This document shows, one piece after another, positions 16,073-24,150 of a stretch of 30,994 bases of DNA (positions are counted from its first letter, which is position 1; every line of letters starts with the position of its first letter). The notes beneath the pieces were generated by a model that made no database searches, had not been told where the DNA came from, and saw only the letters and a list, made by a program, of their open reading frames with translations. The stretch comes from a virus (lineage: Duplodnaviria; Caudoviricetes), in IMG/VR virus record IMGVR_UViG_3300016482_000018, positions 1 to 30,994 of that record; one strand, written 5' to 3'. The position numbers and the translations under genes are program-made.

Positions 16073-18207
16073 GGGTTTTGCATTGCTGCGAAACGATTTG
16101 TCACCGGCGCACCGTTCTGCAACTGAGCGCCCGGGCCTTGTGGAGCCGGGGGCGAACCGCCCGCTTCTGCCTGACCGTTGTTCTGGTCAATGAGCTGTTG
16201 CTGCTGCATCTGCTGCATCTGCATGGCTTGGGCCTCGGCCCAGCGTTGGCGCAGGACAGCGATCGGCGGGACGATATCGTCGGTGTTGAGGTCGAGGGTC
16301 TTGGCGGCTTGGCGCAGCAGTTCTGCGATACCTTCCATGCCCACAACCTGCTGGGCGATCGGGTTGGACAGCGCGACTTGCAAGAATGCAGTCTGACGCT
16401 GCTGTGCGGCTTCCTTCTCGATGAGCGACGAGGCACCGCGAGCGACGATGTTGATATCGCCCTTCAGATCCTTGTCATCGGAGTAGCGCATGTTGAAGTA
16501 GTACAGGCGCTCGATACACGGACGGATAACGCTCTCGTCGATGTTGGAGATCACCTGCTTGATGGCCTTGCCAGCGTTGCTCATGAGCATGCTCATGCCC
16601 GAGGCCGTACGGCCTGCGCCGCCAGCGGGACTGTCGCCAGTCATGTAACGTGGGATGCCTGTGTATTCGTCGGCCAGTGTCGCAAACTTCTCGTACACAG
16701 CCATGAGCTCTGCGGCCATGGAGTTCGGTTGGAAGAACTGCACCGGCTGACCGTTACCAGCCAGCGGATCGCTCGTTACCTGCCAAATCTTCCATGGGAA
16801 GAGCTGTGTGATGTTCTCGCCCGCGGGCAGGCGATCGACGTTGTACACAACCTGCGGACCCGAGGAGAGGCTCATGTTGTTCACGAGCGAGCGGGCAGCG
16901 GCGTTACAGACGTCTTGGGTATCGCGGCACAGGTCGGCAACCGAGTTGCCCCAGAATGCGCCCGGAACCTCCTCATATGAGGCTTTGTAGTACGGCTTGC
17001 GGCCCAGCGGATCGGGGTTCACAACGGCCTTGATGATCCAGCGACCAATCAGCCACGCCTCGACCGGATACTCAGCCAGCTCGTCAGGGACTTCCTCTTC
17101 CGACATGCCCCACTCACGCAGGAGTCGGCCTTGGATGTTGCCCCAGAATTGCAGAGCGTCGATCAGCTCTGAGGGGTTTTGTCCGACGGCGACGGTAGAC
17201 TTTCCTTCGGCGTTAGCCTTATTAATATCGACATAAAGCCAATCGCGTAAGCCACCCTTGCCGTATTCATCCAGAACTGCACGAATCGCAGCATTGCTAT
17301 AACCCTCCACATCCAGCAGGGCTACCAGATCCGCACGTTGCAGCTTGTGTCGCTCGATCACATACCCGTCGTCTACGTTGGACGCATCCGGTGCGGGGTA
17401 CAGATTGAACGGGTCTACACGTTCCCACTCGAGGCAGTACGTGTCTTGTACTTGCAGGTCGTAGTCGCCTTGACCGTTATCTACCCAGTGCAGCTTCGGA
17501 CGCTTGCGAACAACCGGGCCTTTCAGAACTGCGCTCGGGAATGTGACGATATCGTCAAGGAACTGCGTGAACGCATCCATCCACTGCCCTTCGAGCAACT
17601 GGTCGTACATCTTTCGATCCATCAGCTCGGCTTGCGCGTCGGCAAGTTTCGTGAGCTGGTTCATCGCCTGATCTTTGAGCTGGAGGAGCAGTTCGCGGAC
17701 TTCAAAGTCGCTCGGGTTCGCACCCTGCATGATCATCGCTTGGATCTGCTGTTCCGCCTTCATCATCAGCTCTTGGAGCATGTTCGGCGGCAGGTCAGGC
17801 ATGGGGCCCGGACGAATCGTCCAAGGCTTGTCTTGCGCGTTCGTCACCAACACATCCCGCAACCAGCTCGAGGCGGCGCGGCACTTGTTCGACGTCAGCA
17901 TCATGTAGATCGTGCTGGAACCCTGCTCTCGGAGCTGTGCCAGCTTGTCCGGGTCGTACTCACCTCTGCGAGCGCGGATACTCTTCAGCATCTTCAGCTC
18001 AACCGTCTGCTCCTTGGCAGTACGGGCATACGTCCAGTTCTTGCGGATATACGCTGCGAGATTCTGAATAACCGGCTCATTGTTAGCCGCAACTGCCGCA
18101 GCCTTCTCTTCAGCTTCTAGCTGCTTGACGGTTTTGATCGGAACAATACCGCCTACCGACGTGACGGCAGGTGCATTAGCTGAAGTAATGTTGAGAGCTG
18201 GTTGCAT
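16069..18207 (-). CDS. Portal protein
   Basis: About 712 aa (start probably ATG 18207); ERVDPFNLYP, GAGRTASGMSMLM, KGDINIVARGASSL; Gln-rich tail; follows terminase. Confidence 0.88.
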   Translation of the reverse strand: MQPALNITSANAPAVTSVGGIVPIKTVKQLEAEEKAAAVAANNEPVIQNLAAYIRKNWTYARTAKEQTVELKMLKSIRARRGEYDPDKLAQLREQGSSTIYMMLTSNKCRAASSWLRDVLVTNAQDKPWTIRPGPMPDLPPNMLQELMMKAEQQIQAMIMQGANPSDFEVRELLLQLKDQAMNQLTKLADAQAELMDRKMYDQLLEGQWMDAFTQFLDDIVTFPSAVLKGPVVRKRPKLHWVDNGQGDYDLQVQDTYCLEWERVDPFNLYPAPDASNVDDGYVIERHKLQRADLVALLDVEGYSNAAIRAVLDEYGKGGLRDWLYVDINKANAEGKSTVAVGQNPSELIDALQFWGNIQGRLLREWGMSEEEVPDELAEYPVEAWLIGRWIIKAVVNPDPLGRKPYYKASYEEVPGAFWGNSVADLCRDTQDVCNAAARSLVNNMSLSSGPQVVYNVDRLPAGENITQLFPWKIWQVTSDPLAGNGQPVQFFQPNSMAAELMAVYEKFATLADEYTGIPRYMTGDSPAGGAGRTASGMSMLMSNAGKAIKQVISNIDESVIRPCIERLYYFNMRYSDDKDLKGDINIVARGASSLIEKEAAQQRQTAFLQVALSNPIAQQVVGMEGIAELLRQAAKTLDLNTDDIVPPIAVLRQRWAEAQAMQMQQMQQQQLIDQNNGQAEAGGSPPAPQGPGAQLQNGAPVTNRFAAMQNP

Positions 18208-18263
18208 AGGAAGTACCCCGGCGAGGTGAATTTTCACCTAAATATCATGGGCTTATTATACAG

Positions 18264-19664
18264 TCAAGTCCAAGCATAGGAAACCTTTTGTACAGGTTGA
18301 GCCCTTTTCTGCAACATATCGCCCGTTACGTTACCGTCTGCGTGCAGACAAGCATATTGAAAAGCATCAGCAATGTGGCTGTATGAGTTCTTTTCTGGCT
18401 TGTCGTCGACTTCCCCGGTGTTCTTTATCTTGTAACGATAGCCACCGCGCAGCGCGTTAATTAGCGGCTTGCACGAAGGATCAATCAGCATCCCTGCCTT
18501 ACCATCCACCATACGCGTGAGTAGCTTATCCACTGCGTTAATACGGGCCACAACGCTGTTCGACTTGGCTGGAATGACACGGAAGCCCTCTTCTCGCAGG
18601 ATATCGAACACGCTTCGCTCGTCGGTCTGTGCTCGCTGCTGCCCTGCCGGGTCTCCGATAACGACCATACTCATGCCCGGGAATCGGTTAGCCAGCAAGG
18701 GTTTCAGCTTTTCACGACAGAAGCGTAGCGTCCCCATGCCTTCACTGGTTAGTGCAGCGTAGGTGAGGAACCGGCCTTGTGGGTCAATCTGCGAAATCGT
18801 CGCCGCGGGCGTCAGCCCGAAGTCCATCCCAATGATCAGGGGGTGCGTGGACAGCTTGATGTGGTTGAGCTCGTGCTTGGCAACATGGATCTCGGAGTCG
18901 AATGCCCGGAACACCGGCTGACCGGACAGACTCTTACCGAACTTGGCGTTGATGTAGACGTCAACCCAGTCCTCGGACTTACCTTCAGCGAGGTTCTCGT
19001 AGTAGCCGTCAGGCAGGAACTCGATCCAGTCGGCGTCAGGAGACAAGCCGCTGGGCTGGAAGAAGCAGTTCGCGTTCGCCGGGGGTTCGGACAAGTACTG
19101 TTCCCAAAACGTATCCATGTCCGGCGGGTTGGTCATACCCCAAATGTGGGCGTTGGAGCTGCCATCATCTTTGACACACCCCACGCCATTATCCAGCTTA
19201 GAAGGGTAACGACCCAGACGGCCTTGCAGAGCATTGAAGATATCGGGGTTAATCTCTCGAAATTCATCAAGGATTCCAAACGACGCTTGTAAAGATAGAA
19301 GACGACGCACGTCATTAGAATCATCCAGACCGCGAAAAAGAATTTCACACTCAACATCATCGAACCTCAGAATGAATTTGTACTCCGACTTCAGGTATGA
19401 CCCCGCCTGCCCGTCCGGATACCAGCGCAACACGTCAGGGATCGACGTATCTCGCAACTGCTCTCGGGTGTTACGCACCCAGATCGCTCGGCTCCGACGA
19501 ATACCATCCCGACACGGGGCCATCTGCGCCGCGTGGTACGCAATCTTCATGATCCCAGCCGTGGTCTTTGTAGAACCAACCGGGCCTACGATCAGACTGA
19601 CGAACGAGTCGCTGAGGAGAAATCCTTCAGCGCTGGGTGGTGGGGTGTAACTCAGTCCGCTCAT
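18264..19664 (-). CDS. terL: Terminase large subunit
   Basis: Walker A variant GPVGSTKT, Walker B GILDE, motif III MTNP, nuclease IIGMDFG and HIADAFQY. Confidence 0.95.
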   Translation of the reverse strand: MSGLSYTPPPSAEGFLLSDSFVSLIVGPVGSTKTTAGIMKIAYHAAQMAPCRDGIRRSRAIWVRNTREQLRDTSIPDVLRWYPDGQAGSYLKSEYKFILRFDDVECEILFRGLDDSNDVRRLLSLQASFGILDEFREINPDIFNALQGRLGRYPSKLDNGVGCVKDDGSSNAHIWGMTNPPDMDTFWEQYLSEPPANANCFFQPSGLSPDADWIEFLPDGYYENLAEGKSEDWVDVYINAKFGKSLSGQPVFRAFDSEIHVAKHELNHIKLSTHPLIIGMDFGLTPAATISQIDPQGRFLTYAALTSEGMGTLRFCREKLKPLLANRFPGMSMVVIGDPAGQQRAQTDERSVFDILREEGFRVIPAKSNSVVARINAVDKLLTRMVDGKAGMLIDPSCKPLINALRGGYRYKIKNTGEVDDKPEKNSYSHIADAFQYACLHADGNVTGDMLQKRAQPVQKVSYAWT

Positions 19665-19912
19665 TTGTCATCAATCTCGATTAGCTTTGGGATGACCATC
19701 TCGTCGGTGATCAAGATTGGCCACAGGGGTTCGTACTCCGGGTTGATCGCTGTGATAGCCCAGACGCACGTGCCGTAGATGAACTCGCTCAAACTGATCA
19801 ACCAGCCGGTGAACGGAATCCGCGGCTCGATCATCGGGCAGTCGCTGTCAACGTCTTTCAGGTAGATCGGGCACAGCCCGAACCAGCCTTTGTGTGTGAA
19901 TGCAATTTTCAT
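19661..19912 (-). CDS. Hypothetical protein
   Basis: 83 aa, ATGA-coupled on both sides. Confidence 0.6.
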   Translation of the reverse strand: MKIAFTHKGWFGLCPIYLKDVDSDCPMIEPRIPFTGWLISLSEFIYGTCVWAITAINPEYEPLWPILITDEMVIPKLIEIDDK

Positions 19913-20334
19913 TTTTCTGTCTTTCCACGCAGCCGGTCGTACTCGTAGAGCAGCGTCTGCAAAATGCTTTGGATGGAATACGCCTCGAACTCATCGCTCG
20001 GGGCCTTCTCACCGATGTGCTTGCGTATTTCCTGCCAGATATGAACGGCCTCATGACAGATCAACGACGCCACTTCTGCGTAGCTGTGCTTGTCCATGTC
20101 TCGAATACACACAACAGCCGCTACAGAACAGTCTTCCCGGTTCTCGAAGAAATGAACGGTCGCGTGGCTGTGCCACGTCAGCATGAATGCGGGCCACCCG
20201 TTCTTCGGTACTTTCAACTCTTTGAGCTTCTGCTTGAACTGCTCTTCTGTGATGCACAGCGCCAAGTGATACGGACTCTGCACCAACACACGGTTGAGCC
20301 AGTTACTTTTCTTCTGCGTCTTGGATTTCGCCAT
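19909..20334 (-). CDS. HExxH zinc-metallopeptidase-like protein
   Basis: LICHEAVHIW...SDEFEAY (HExxH plus distal Glu). Confidence 0.6.
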   Translation of the reverse strand: MAKSKTQKKSNWLNRVLVQSPYHLALCITEEQFKQKLKELKVPKNGWPAFMLTWHSHATVHFFENREDCSVAAVVCIRDMDKHSYAEVASLICHEAVHIWQEIRKHIGEKAPSDEFEAYSIQSILQTLLYEYDRLRGKTEK

Positions 20335-20782
20335 GTTCAATGACCCTCGGCTCCGGTTTCGGGCCGTTGAAGTTAATACTGATGGAGAACCCCGGGCCAG
20401 CAGCGACCTGCGCCGTCTGTTTGGGCTCCATATCTGCGAGTTTGGCCCCGAGTTTCACGAACTCGAGCTTCTGCATGAGGGTGGCGTCGTTACTCCGGGC
20501 GATTTTGTACGCCTCGTCGAACACGTCCTCGGTCAACAGCTTGGCTTTGAGCCTGAACGTAAACCCGTTCTGCTCGAGCTCTGCCCGCTGTTTGGCAACG
20601 GCATCTTGGAACGGCTTCCACGCTTTTAACGCTTTCCACCGCTCCCCGACGATACCGTGGCGGTACGCAAGGTCATCTGCGTCTTCGAGCCCCGTTGCGA
20701 TCGCAAGCACGAGCTCCGGCGGGACGTCCACCGGAGTCGGTACGTCGATAGGCGCGATATCTACATCAGAGCGAGTGTCCAC
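20303..20782 (-). CDS. Putative terminase small subunit
   Basis: Helical protein ending GFSISINF beta-strand; upstream of terL; GTG start. Confidence 0.55.
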   Translation of the reverse strand: MDTRSDVDIAPIDVPTPVDVPPELVLAIATGLEDADDLAYRHGIVGERWKALKAWKPFQDAVAKQRAELEQNGFTFRLKAKLLTEDVFDEAYKIARSNDATLMQKLEFVKLGAKLADMEPKQTAQVAAGPGFSISINFNGPKPEPRVIEHGEIQDAEEK

Positions 20783-20924
20783 GTGGAGCCAACCCTTCCT
20801 CGAGGATCTGCCGGATGACCTCGCTCACCGACACCTGCCGTGCTTTGGCCTTTTCCTGCAACTGCGTCCAGAGCTTCTCTGGCAGGAAAAAGTTACGGCG
20901 CTTCATCACCGACGTTTGGGTCAT
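20766..20924 (-). CDS. Ribbon-helix-helix (CopG/Arc-like) DNA-binding protein (not in the ORF track)
   Basis: MTQTSVMKRRNFFLPEKLWTQLQEKAKARQVSVSEVIRQILEEGLAPRGHSL*; RHH pattern (beta strand, LP, helix, S-x-SEVIR); ATGA overlap with upstream gene. Confidence 0.8.
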   Translation of the reverse strand: MTQTSVMKRRNFFLPEKLWTQLQEKAKARQVSVSEVIRQILEEGLAPRGHSL

Positions 20925-21232
20925 CGCTTGGCACCTTTCTTCGCCGGAACAGACTTGGCTTTAGCTGCTCCAGTGGGGTTCTTTCGTGCGCCCTCCGATC
21001 GTGCCTCTTTGTTGGCGTACTGAGCTGGGCTCATCTTGCCGGACTTGATCTGATTGGCGTTTTTACGCACTTGAGCCACGGGCTTTTTCTCACCTTCCTT
21101 CTTCTGCTCGGCTTTTTCGCCTGCAACGTACTGGGATTTCGAGATCTGGCCGGTTTTCAGAGCGGTTGCTTCCTTCTTTTCCTCGGCTTTGGTGTCTTTG
21201 CCCGTGAAGAGCGACTTGAGCTTGTTCAACAT
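20921..21232 (-). CDS. Highly basic Lys/Ala-rich protein (internal start in frame with the HNH ORF)
   Basis: GAGG RBS before ATG 21232 (MLNKLKSLFTGKDTKAEEKKE...); internal duplication KTGQISKSQY / KSGKMSPAQY; own promoter upstream. Confidence 0.7.
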   Translation of the reverse strand: MLNKLKSLFTGKDTKAEEKKEATALKTGQISKSQYVAGEKAEQKKEGEKKPVAQVRKNANQIKSGKMSPAQYANKEARSEGARKNPTGAAKAKSVPAKKGAKR

Positions 21233-21583
21233 AGAATTTCCTCGTGTGTAAGAACTAGGTATGTGTATTGTAGGTGTATCTGCATGTTTGTCAACTCGTT
21301 CATTCCAATGATGAATTCGATGGCAGTTGGCGCAAAGTACTACACACTTGGCTAATTCTTCCAAAATACGGCTTTTTACCCCGTTTTTCAGCAGATCTCG
21401 CATCTTTCTGTTGTCTGGACGACGAACTACATGGTGAAAGTCGAGTGTTGCTGGGTGATTTTGTCCACATTGGATGCAGGAAAGCGTCTTTTTGTGCTCA
21501 CGGAACCATTCTTGGGTCTCCCGGCGGGTTTGAGCAGTCTTGGCAATGACGCGAGCCTTGTTTCTTTCGTACCACGATGACAT
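20921..21583 (-). CDS. HNH endonuclease (reads in frame into the downstream basic protein)
   Basis: CIQCG...LDFHH...KCVVLCANCHRIHH zinc-binding HNH signature. Confidence 0.85.
   Translation of the reverse strand: MSSWYERNKARVIAKTAQTRRETQEWFREHKKTLSCIQCGQNHPATLDFHHVVRRPDNRKMRDLLKNGVKSRILEELAKCVVLCANCHRIHHWNERVDKHADTPTIHIPSSYTRGNSMLNKLKSLFTGKDTKAEEKKEATALKTGQISKSQYVAGEKAEQKKEGEKKPVAQVRKNANQIKSGKMSPAQYANKEARSEGARKNPTGAAKAKSVPAKKGAKR
21267..21294 (-). promoter_or_regulatory. Putative sigma70 late-operon promoter
   Basis: TTGACA-16 bp-TACAAT about 35 bp upstream of ATG 21232. Confidence 0.7.
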
Positions 21584-21750
21584 AAGCGGTTACTCAATAC
21601 GAGCCCTCCTGTACGGATGATGGCAGCATACTACGGCATTTTCCCGATAATTCAAGCACCTAGAGACCTGTTAAATCGGTTTGAAACAGTTGTGAGTAGG
21701 ATGTATGTATATATGAAAAAACTAGGGGCGCGTTATGAGGAACACCTAAG

Positions 21751-21800
21751 CCCCCACCCCGCCCCCTCATCCGTTTGGCCCTCCCCCCCACCCTACCCCC
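21751..21800. other. C-run tract at the divergence point of the two arms (possible genome end/packaging region)
   Basis: Seven C-runs of 3-7 nt in 50 bp; role is inference. Confidence 0.4.
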
Positions 21801-21918
21801 TAAAGCACCGTGTTAGCTATAAGTGTGGATAGCCTTGCCTCATAACACCGGGGCGATGCGTAAGACGGCGATGCGATAAGCACCGTTGCAGCTAAAGGTG
21901 AAGCACAACGTAATACCT

Positions 21919-21930
21919 TGCTCTTTAACA
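21919..21930 (+). promoter_or_regulatory. boxA antitermination element
   Basis: TGCTCTTTAACA, identical to the rrn boxA consensus, in the leader of the first plus-strand gene. Confidence 0.8.
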
Positions 21931-22214
21931 TAGTTAAGTCAGTCAGCCATGTGCAACCGATATAGCCTCGGGCCGCGAGTCGCAAGACGATGCGCCAGTC
22001 GCTCGGAGTGCCAGACCTAGAGGGTGCGCCCAATGGGTTTGATCTGTAAAGCCGCCATGCACATGATTCGGACGGACGATGACAATGGACACGAATACCG
22101 CTGACTGTGGGCAAACCTAATGGATCGGATCTGTTAGGCCATAGCACACAGTCAGCACCTTCAAGGGTTCTCAATCCCGAGTGCCTTTGATCGTGCTAAC
22201 TAACGGAGATTCAA

Positions 22215-22799
22215 ATGGCTATCAGCAAAAAGTTTGTCGAGCAAGTATTGGCCTTGTCGCAACGTGGCGAAAAGCTGGCCGCTTCGGTACATGGTTTGTG
22301 TGTGGACGCGATGCGTTCGGCCTACTCAAACGCAGACAACGAGAAGGCTCAATTCCTCCTCGATAACATCCCGCAGTATATGCGTGCCCCTGTAGCACGC
22401 TGGTTCCGGCGCATGGGCATTGAGTCTATCGCCCCGACAGTAGATCACAAGACTTACAAGGTCACGGGTGTAGTTGACCAGAAGCAACAAGCCAAAGCCT
22501 TTGGCAAGTGCGACAATACGCCGGTTTTCGAGACTGAAATCCGCGAGAAGAAGGAAGGCAAGAAGCGCGAGCTGAAGGGTACGCCTGATATGCGTGCCGT
22601 AGATTATGTGGCGAAGCTGGTCACTCGCCTGCAAGATACCGATTATTCGGCTGCTGCAATCATCAACGAGAAATGGTCAACCGCACACCATCAGTCGTGC
22701 CTGTTCACGGCACAAGGTGAGAAAGTGTATTTGGATGACGCCGAGCTGGAGCTGGTGCAGAACCTTCTGACCCAACGCCGGATGCTGAAAGCAGCCTGA
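22215..22799 (+). CDS. First early gene, hypothetical protein
   Basis: 194 aa, GGAG RBS, followed by terminator. Confidence 0.8.
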   Translation: MAISKKFVEQVLALSQRGEKLAASVHGLCVDAMRSAYSNADNEKAQFLLDNIPQYMRAPVARWFRRMGIESIAPTVDHKTYKVTGVVDQKQQAKAFGKCDNTPVFETEIREKKEGKKRELKGTPDMRAVDYVAKLVTRLQDTDYSAAAIINEKWSTAHHQSCLFTAQGEKVYLDDAELELVQNLLTQRRMLKAA

Positions 22800-22804
22800 C
22801 CCAC

Positions 22805-22831
22805 GGAGGGGCATCGCCCCTCCTCTTTTTT
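22805..22831 (+). terminator. Intrinsic terminator
   Basis: GGAGGGGC-ATC-GCCCCTCC then TCTTTTTT. Confidence 0.85.
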
Positions 22832-22881
22832 CGCGCACCTATCATAGTTATGTCGAACGGAGCCCACCAAGGAGTCACACC

Positions 22882-23109
22882 ATGCAGCTTGGTAGCGTCT
22901 TGAGCATCGAGCTCATCCAACAGCTTAAATCCATTACACGCAAACCGAAGGTAATCCGCTTGACCACGAAAGGTGTGTACAAGTCATGTGTGTATGGTTC
23001 AGAGGGTCGAAGGATTCCAGGTGGTCTACGTCCACGAGGTTTGAGTCAATCCAACTTGCTCCCTGCCCTCGAATCTGCCCAAGTGTTTGGGGTCAAGACT
23101 AGGATCTAA
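22882..23109 (+). CDS. Hypothetical basic protein
   Basis: AAGGAG RBS, 75 aa. Confidence 0.55.
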   Translation: MQLGSVLSIELIQQLKSITRKPKVIRLTTKGVYKSCVYGSEGRRIPGGLRPRGLSQSNLLPALESAQVFGVKTRI

Positions 23110-23174
23110 CCCCCAGTTGCCTAAAAAATGAGCGTCATATTTGAAAATGGCTCAACCACGCGGGTTTGCAGGGA

Positions 23175-23528
23175 GGGATTGGACAGTGTGTATGTGGATA
23201 ACTTGTTGGCAAATTCGCTGGCAAATTCAAAATGTCCAATAAAAACAGTCTCTTACACGATCATAATAGACAATATGTTATTTAGTCAATGAAAAAGAGG
23301 CTTCGCGGGAATAGAAAACTGCTTGACGATGGTCATGTGGGCACAATCTCCTAACACATTCAAAAAGTCGGGGGGTCATTTTGCTTCTGGCGACTAAATA
23401 GCATATCCCAACAAATCAAAGACTTAGCTCTCGCTCTTATAAATTGTCTAAATGGCTAGATCCGCCACCAGTATGAAATTCCCAAATTTGCCACTATGAA
23501 TTTGCCGGGCGAGTTGTCTAATTGTCTT
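23175..23528. other. Origin-like non-coding region (DnaA box, IHF site, inverted repeats)
   Basis: TGTGGATAA 23193-23201; AATCAAAGACTTA 23414-23426; GGCAAATT repeats in both orientations; 15-bp inverted repeat. Confidence 0.5.
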
Positions 23529-23555
23529 GACTTCTGAGTGAGTAGGATGTATGCT
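23527..23555 (+). promoter_or_regulatory. Putative sigma70 early promoter
   Basis: TTGACT-17 bp-TATGCT upstream of AAGGAG and ATG 23582. Confidence 0.7.
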
Positions 23556-23581
23556 GTATGTACTAACACAAGGAGATCAAT

Positions 23582-23785
23582 ATGATCGGGCAAAAATTCG
23601 GCAGGTTGACTGTCACCGAGTTCTTCCAACGTAAAAACGGTCGGGATAAGTACGTATGTTTATGCGACTGTGGTAAGGAAGCCATCGTTGAGGCTCGTAA
23701 CTTGAAAGGTGGGTACACCAAATCATGTGGATGCCTGCGTAGTAACAACTGGAAGAAGCATAGAGGTGAGCGCCATGACGGGTAG
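23582..23785 (+). CDS. Stand-alone HNH-associated N-terminal Cys domain
   Basis: GQKFGRLTV...VCLCDCG...TKSCGC, same domain as the N-terminus of 29365..29973; no nuclease domain. Confidence 0.7.
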   Translation: MIGQKFGRLTVTEFFQRKNGRDKYVCLCDCGKEAIVEARNLKGGYTKSCGCLRSNNWKKHRGERHDG

Positions 23786-23990
23786 CGTCAATCGCGTGGG
23801 GAAACTGCGTGTGGTTGAACCCATGCCCTGCTCACATCAAAACCTTGCCCGTCTATTGTGCGTATGTGACTGTGGCAAAGAGCTCGTGCTCTACAGAAAA
23901 GCATTCGAGTCAGGGCGTATCACATCGTGTGGATGTGCTCGACATAAGGAGAAGCCAAATGCAAGGCCAAACTATGCAGGTCAAGATTAA
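23775..23990 (+). CDS. Second stand-alone HNH-associated N-terminal Cys domain
   Basis: GAGGT RBS, ATG 23775; GKLRVV...LCVCDCG...ITSCGC. Confidence 0.6.
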   Translation: MTGSVNRVGKLRVVEPMPCSHQNLARLLCVCDCGKELVLYRKAFESGRITSCGCARHKEKPNARPNYAGQD

Positions 23991-24150
23991 GAGTGTGTAT
24001 GGGCGGGACAGTATCTATCCCGTATCGAAGAACGCCCAGATCTTTTGCACCATGTTAGGGCAGAACACACTCACGCTGGACAACATCAAGCACATCAAAC
24101 TTCTGGGTTACGAGATCGAAGTGGTCAGTGACCAACCAACGACATTATGA
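23959..24150 (+). CDS. Hypothetical early protein
   Basis: AAGGAG RBS, ATG 23959; VKIKSVYGRDSIYPVS...KLLGYEIEV. Confidence 0.7.
   Translation: MQGQTMQVKIKSVYGRDSIYPVSKNAQIFCTMLGQNTLTLDNIKHIKLLGYEIEVVSDQPTTL

Noticed and set aside
29-21355. Many long plus-strand ORFs (e.g. 1577..2527, 13236..14504, 16066..16980)
   Set aside because: Antisense shadows of well-supported minus-strand genes; no RBS or recognisable motifs
22107-22147. GGGCAAACC...GG resembling the P2 arm of the c-di-GMP-I riboswitch
   Set aside because: No GNRA tetraloop, no GACGCAAAGC strand and no recognisable P3/receptor; better explained as part of a long simple hairpin
21800-22174. 124-aa minus-strand ORF across the early leader
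   Set aside because: No RBS or motif; the region is better explained by plus-strand boxA and RNA stems
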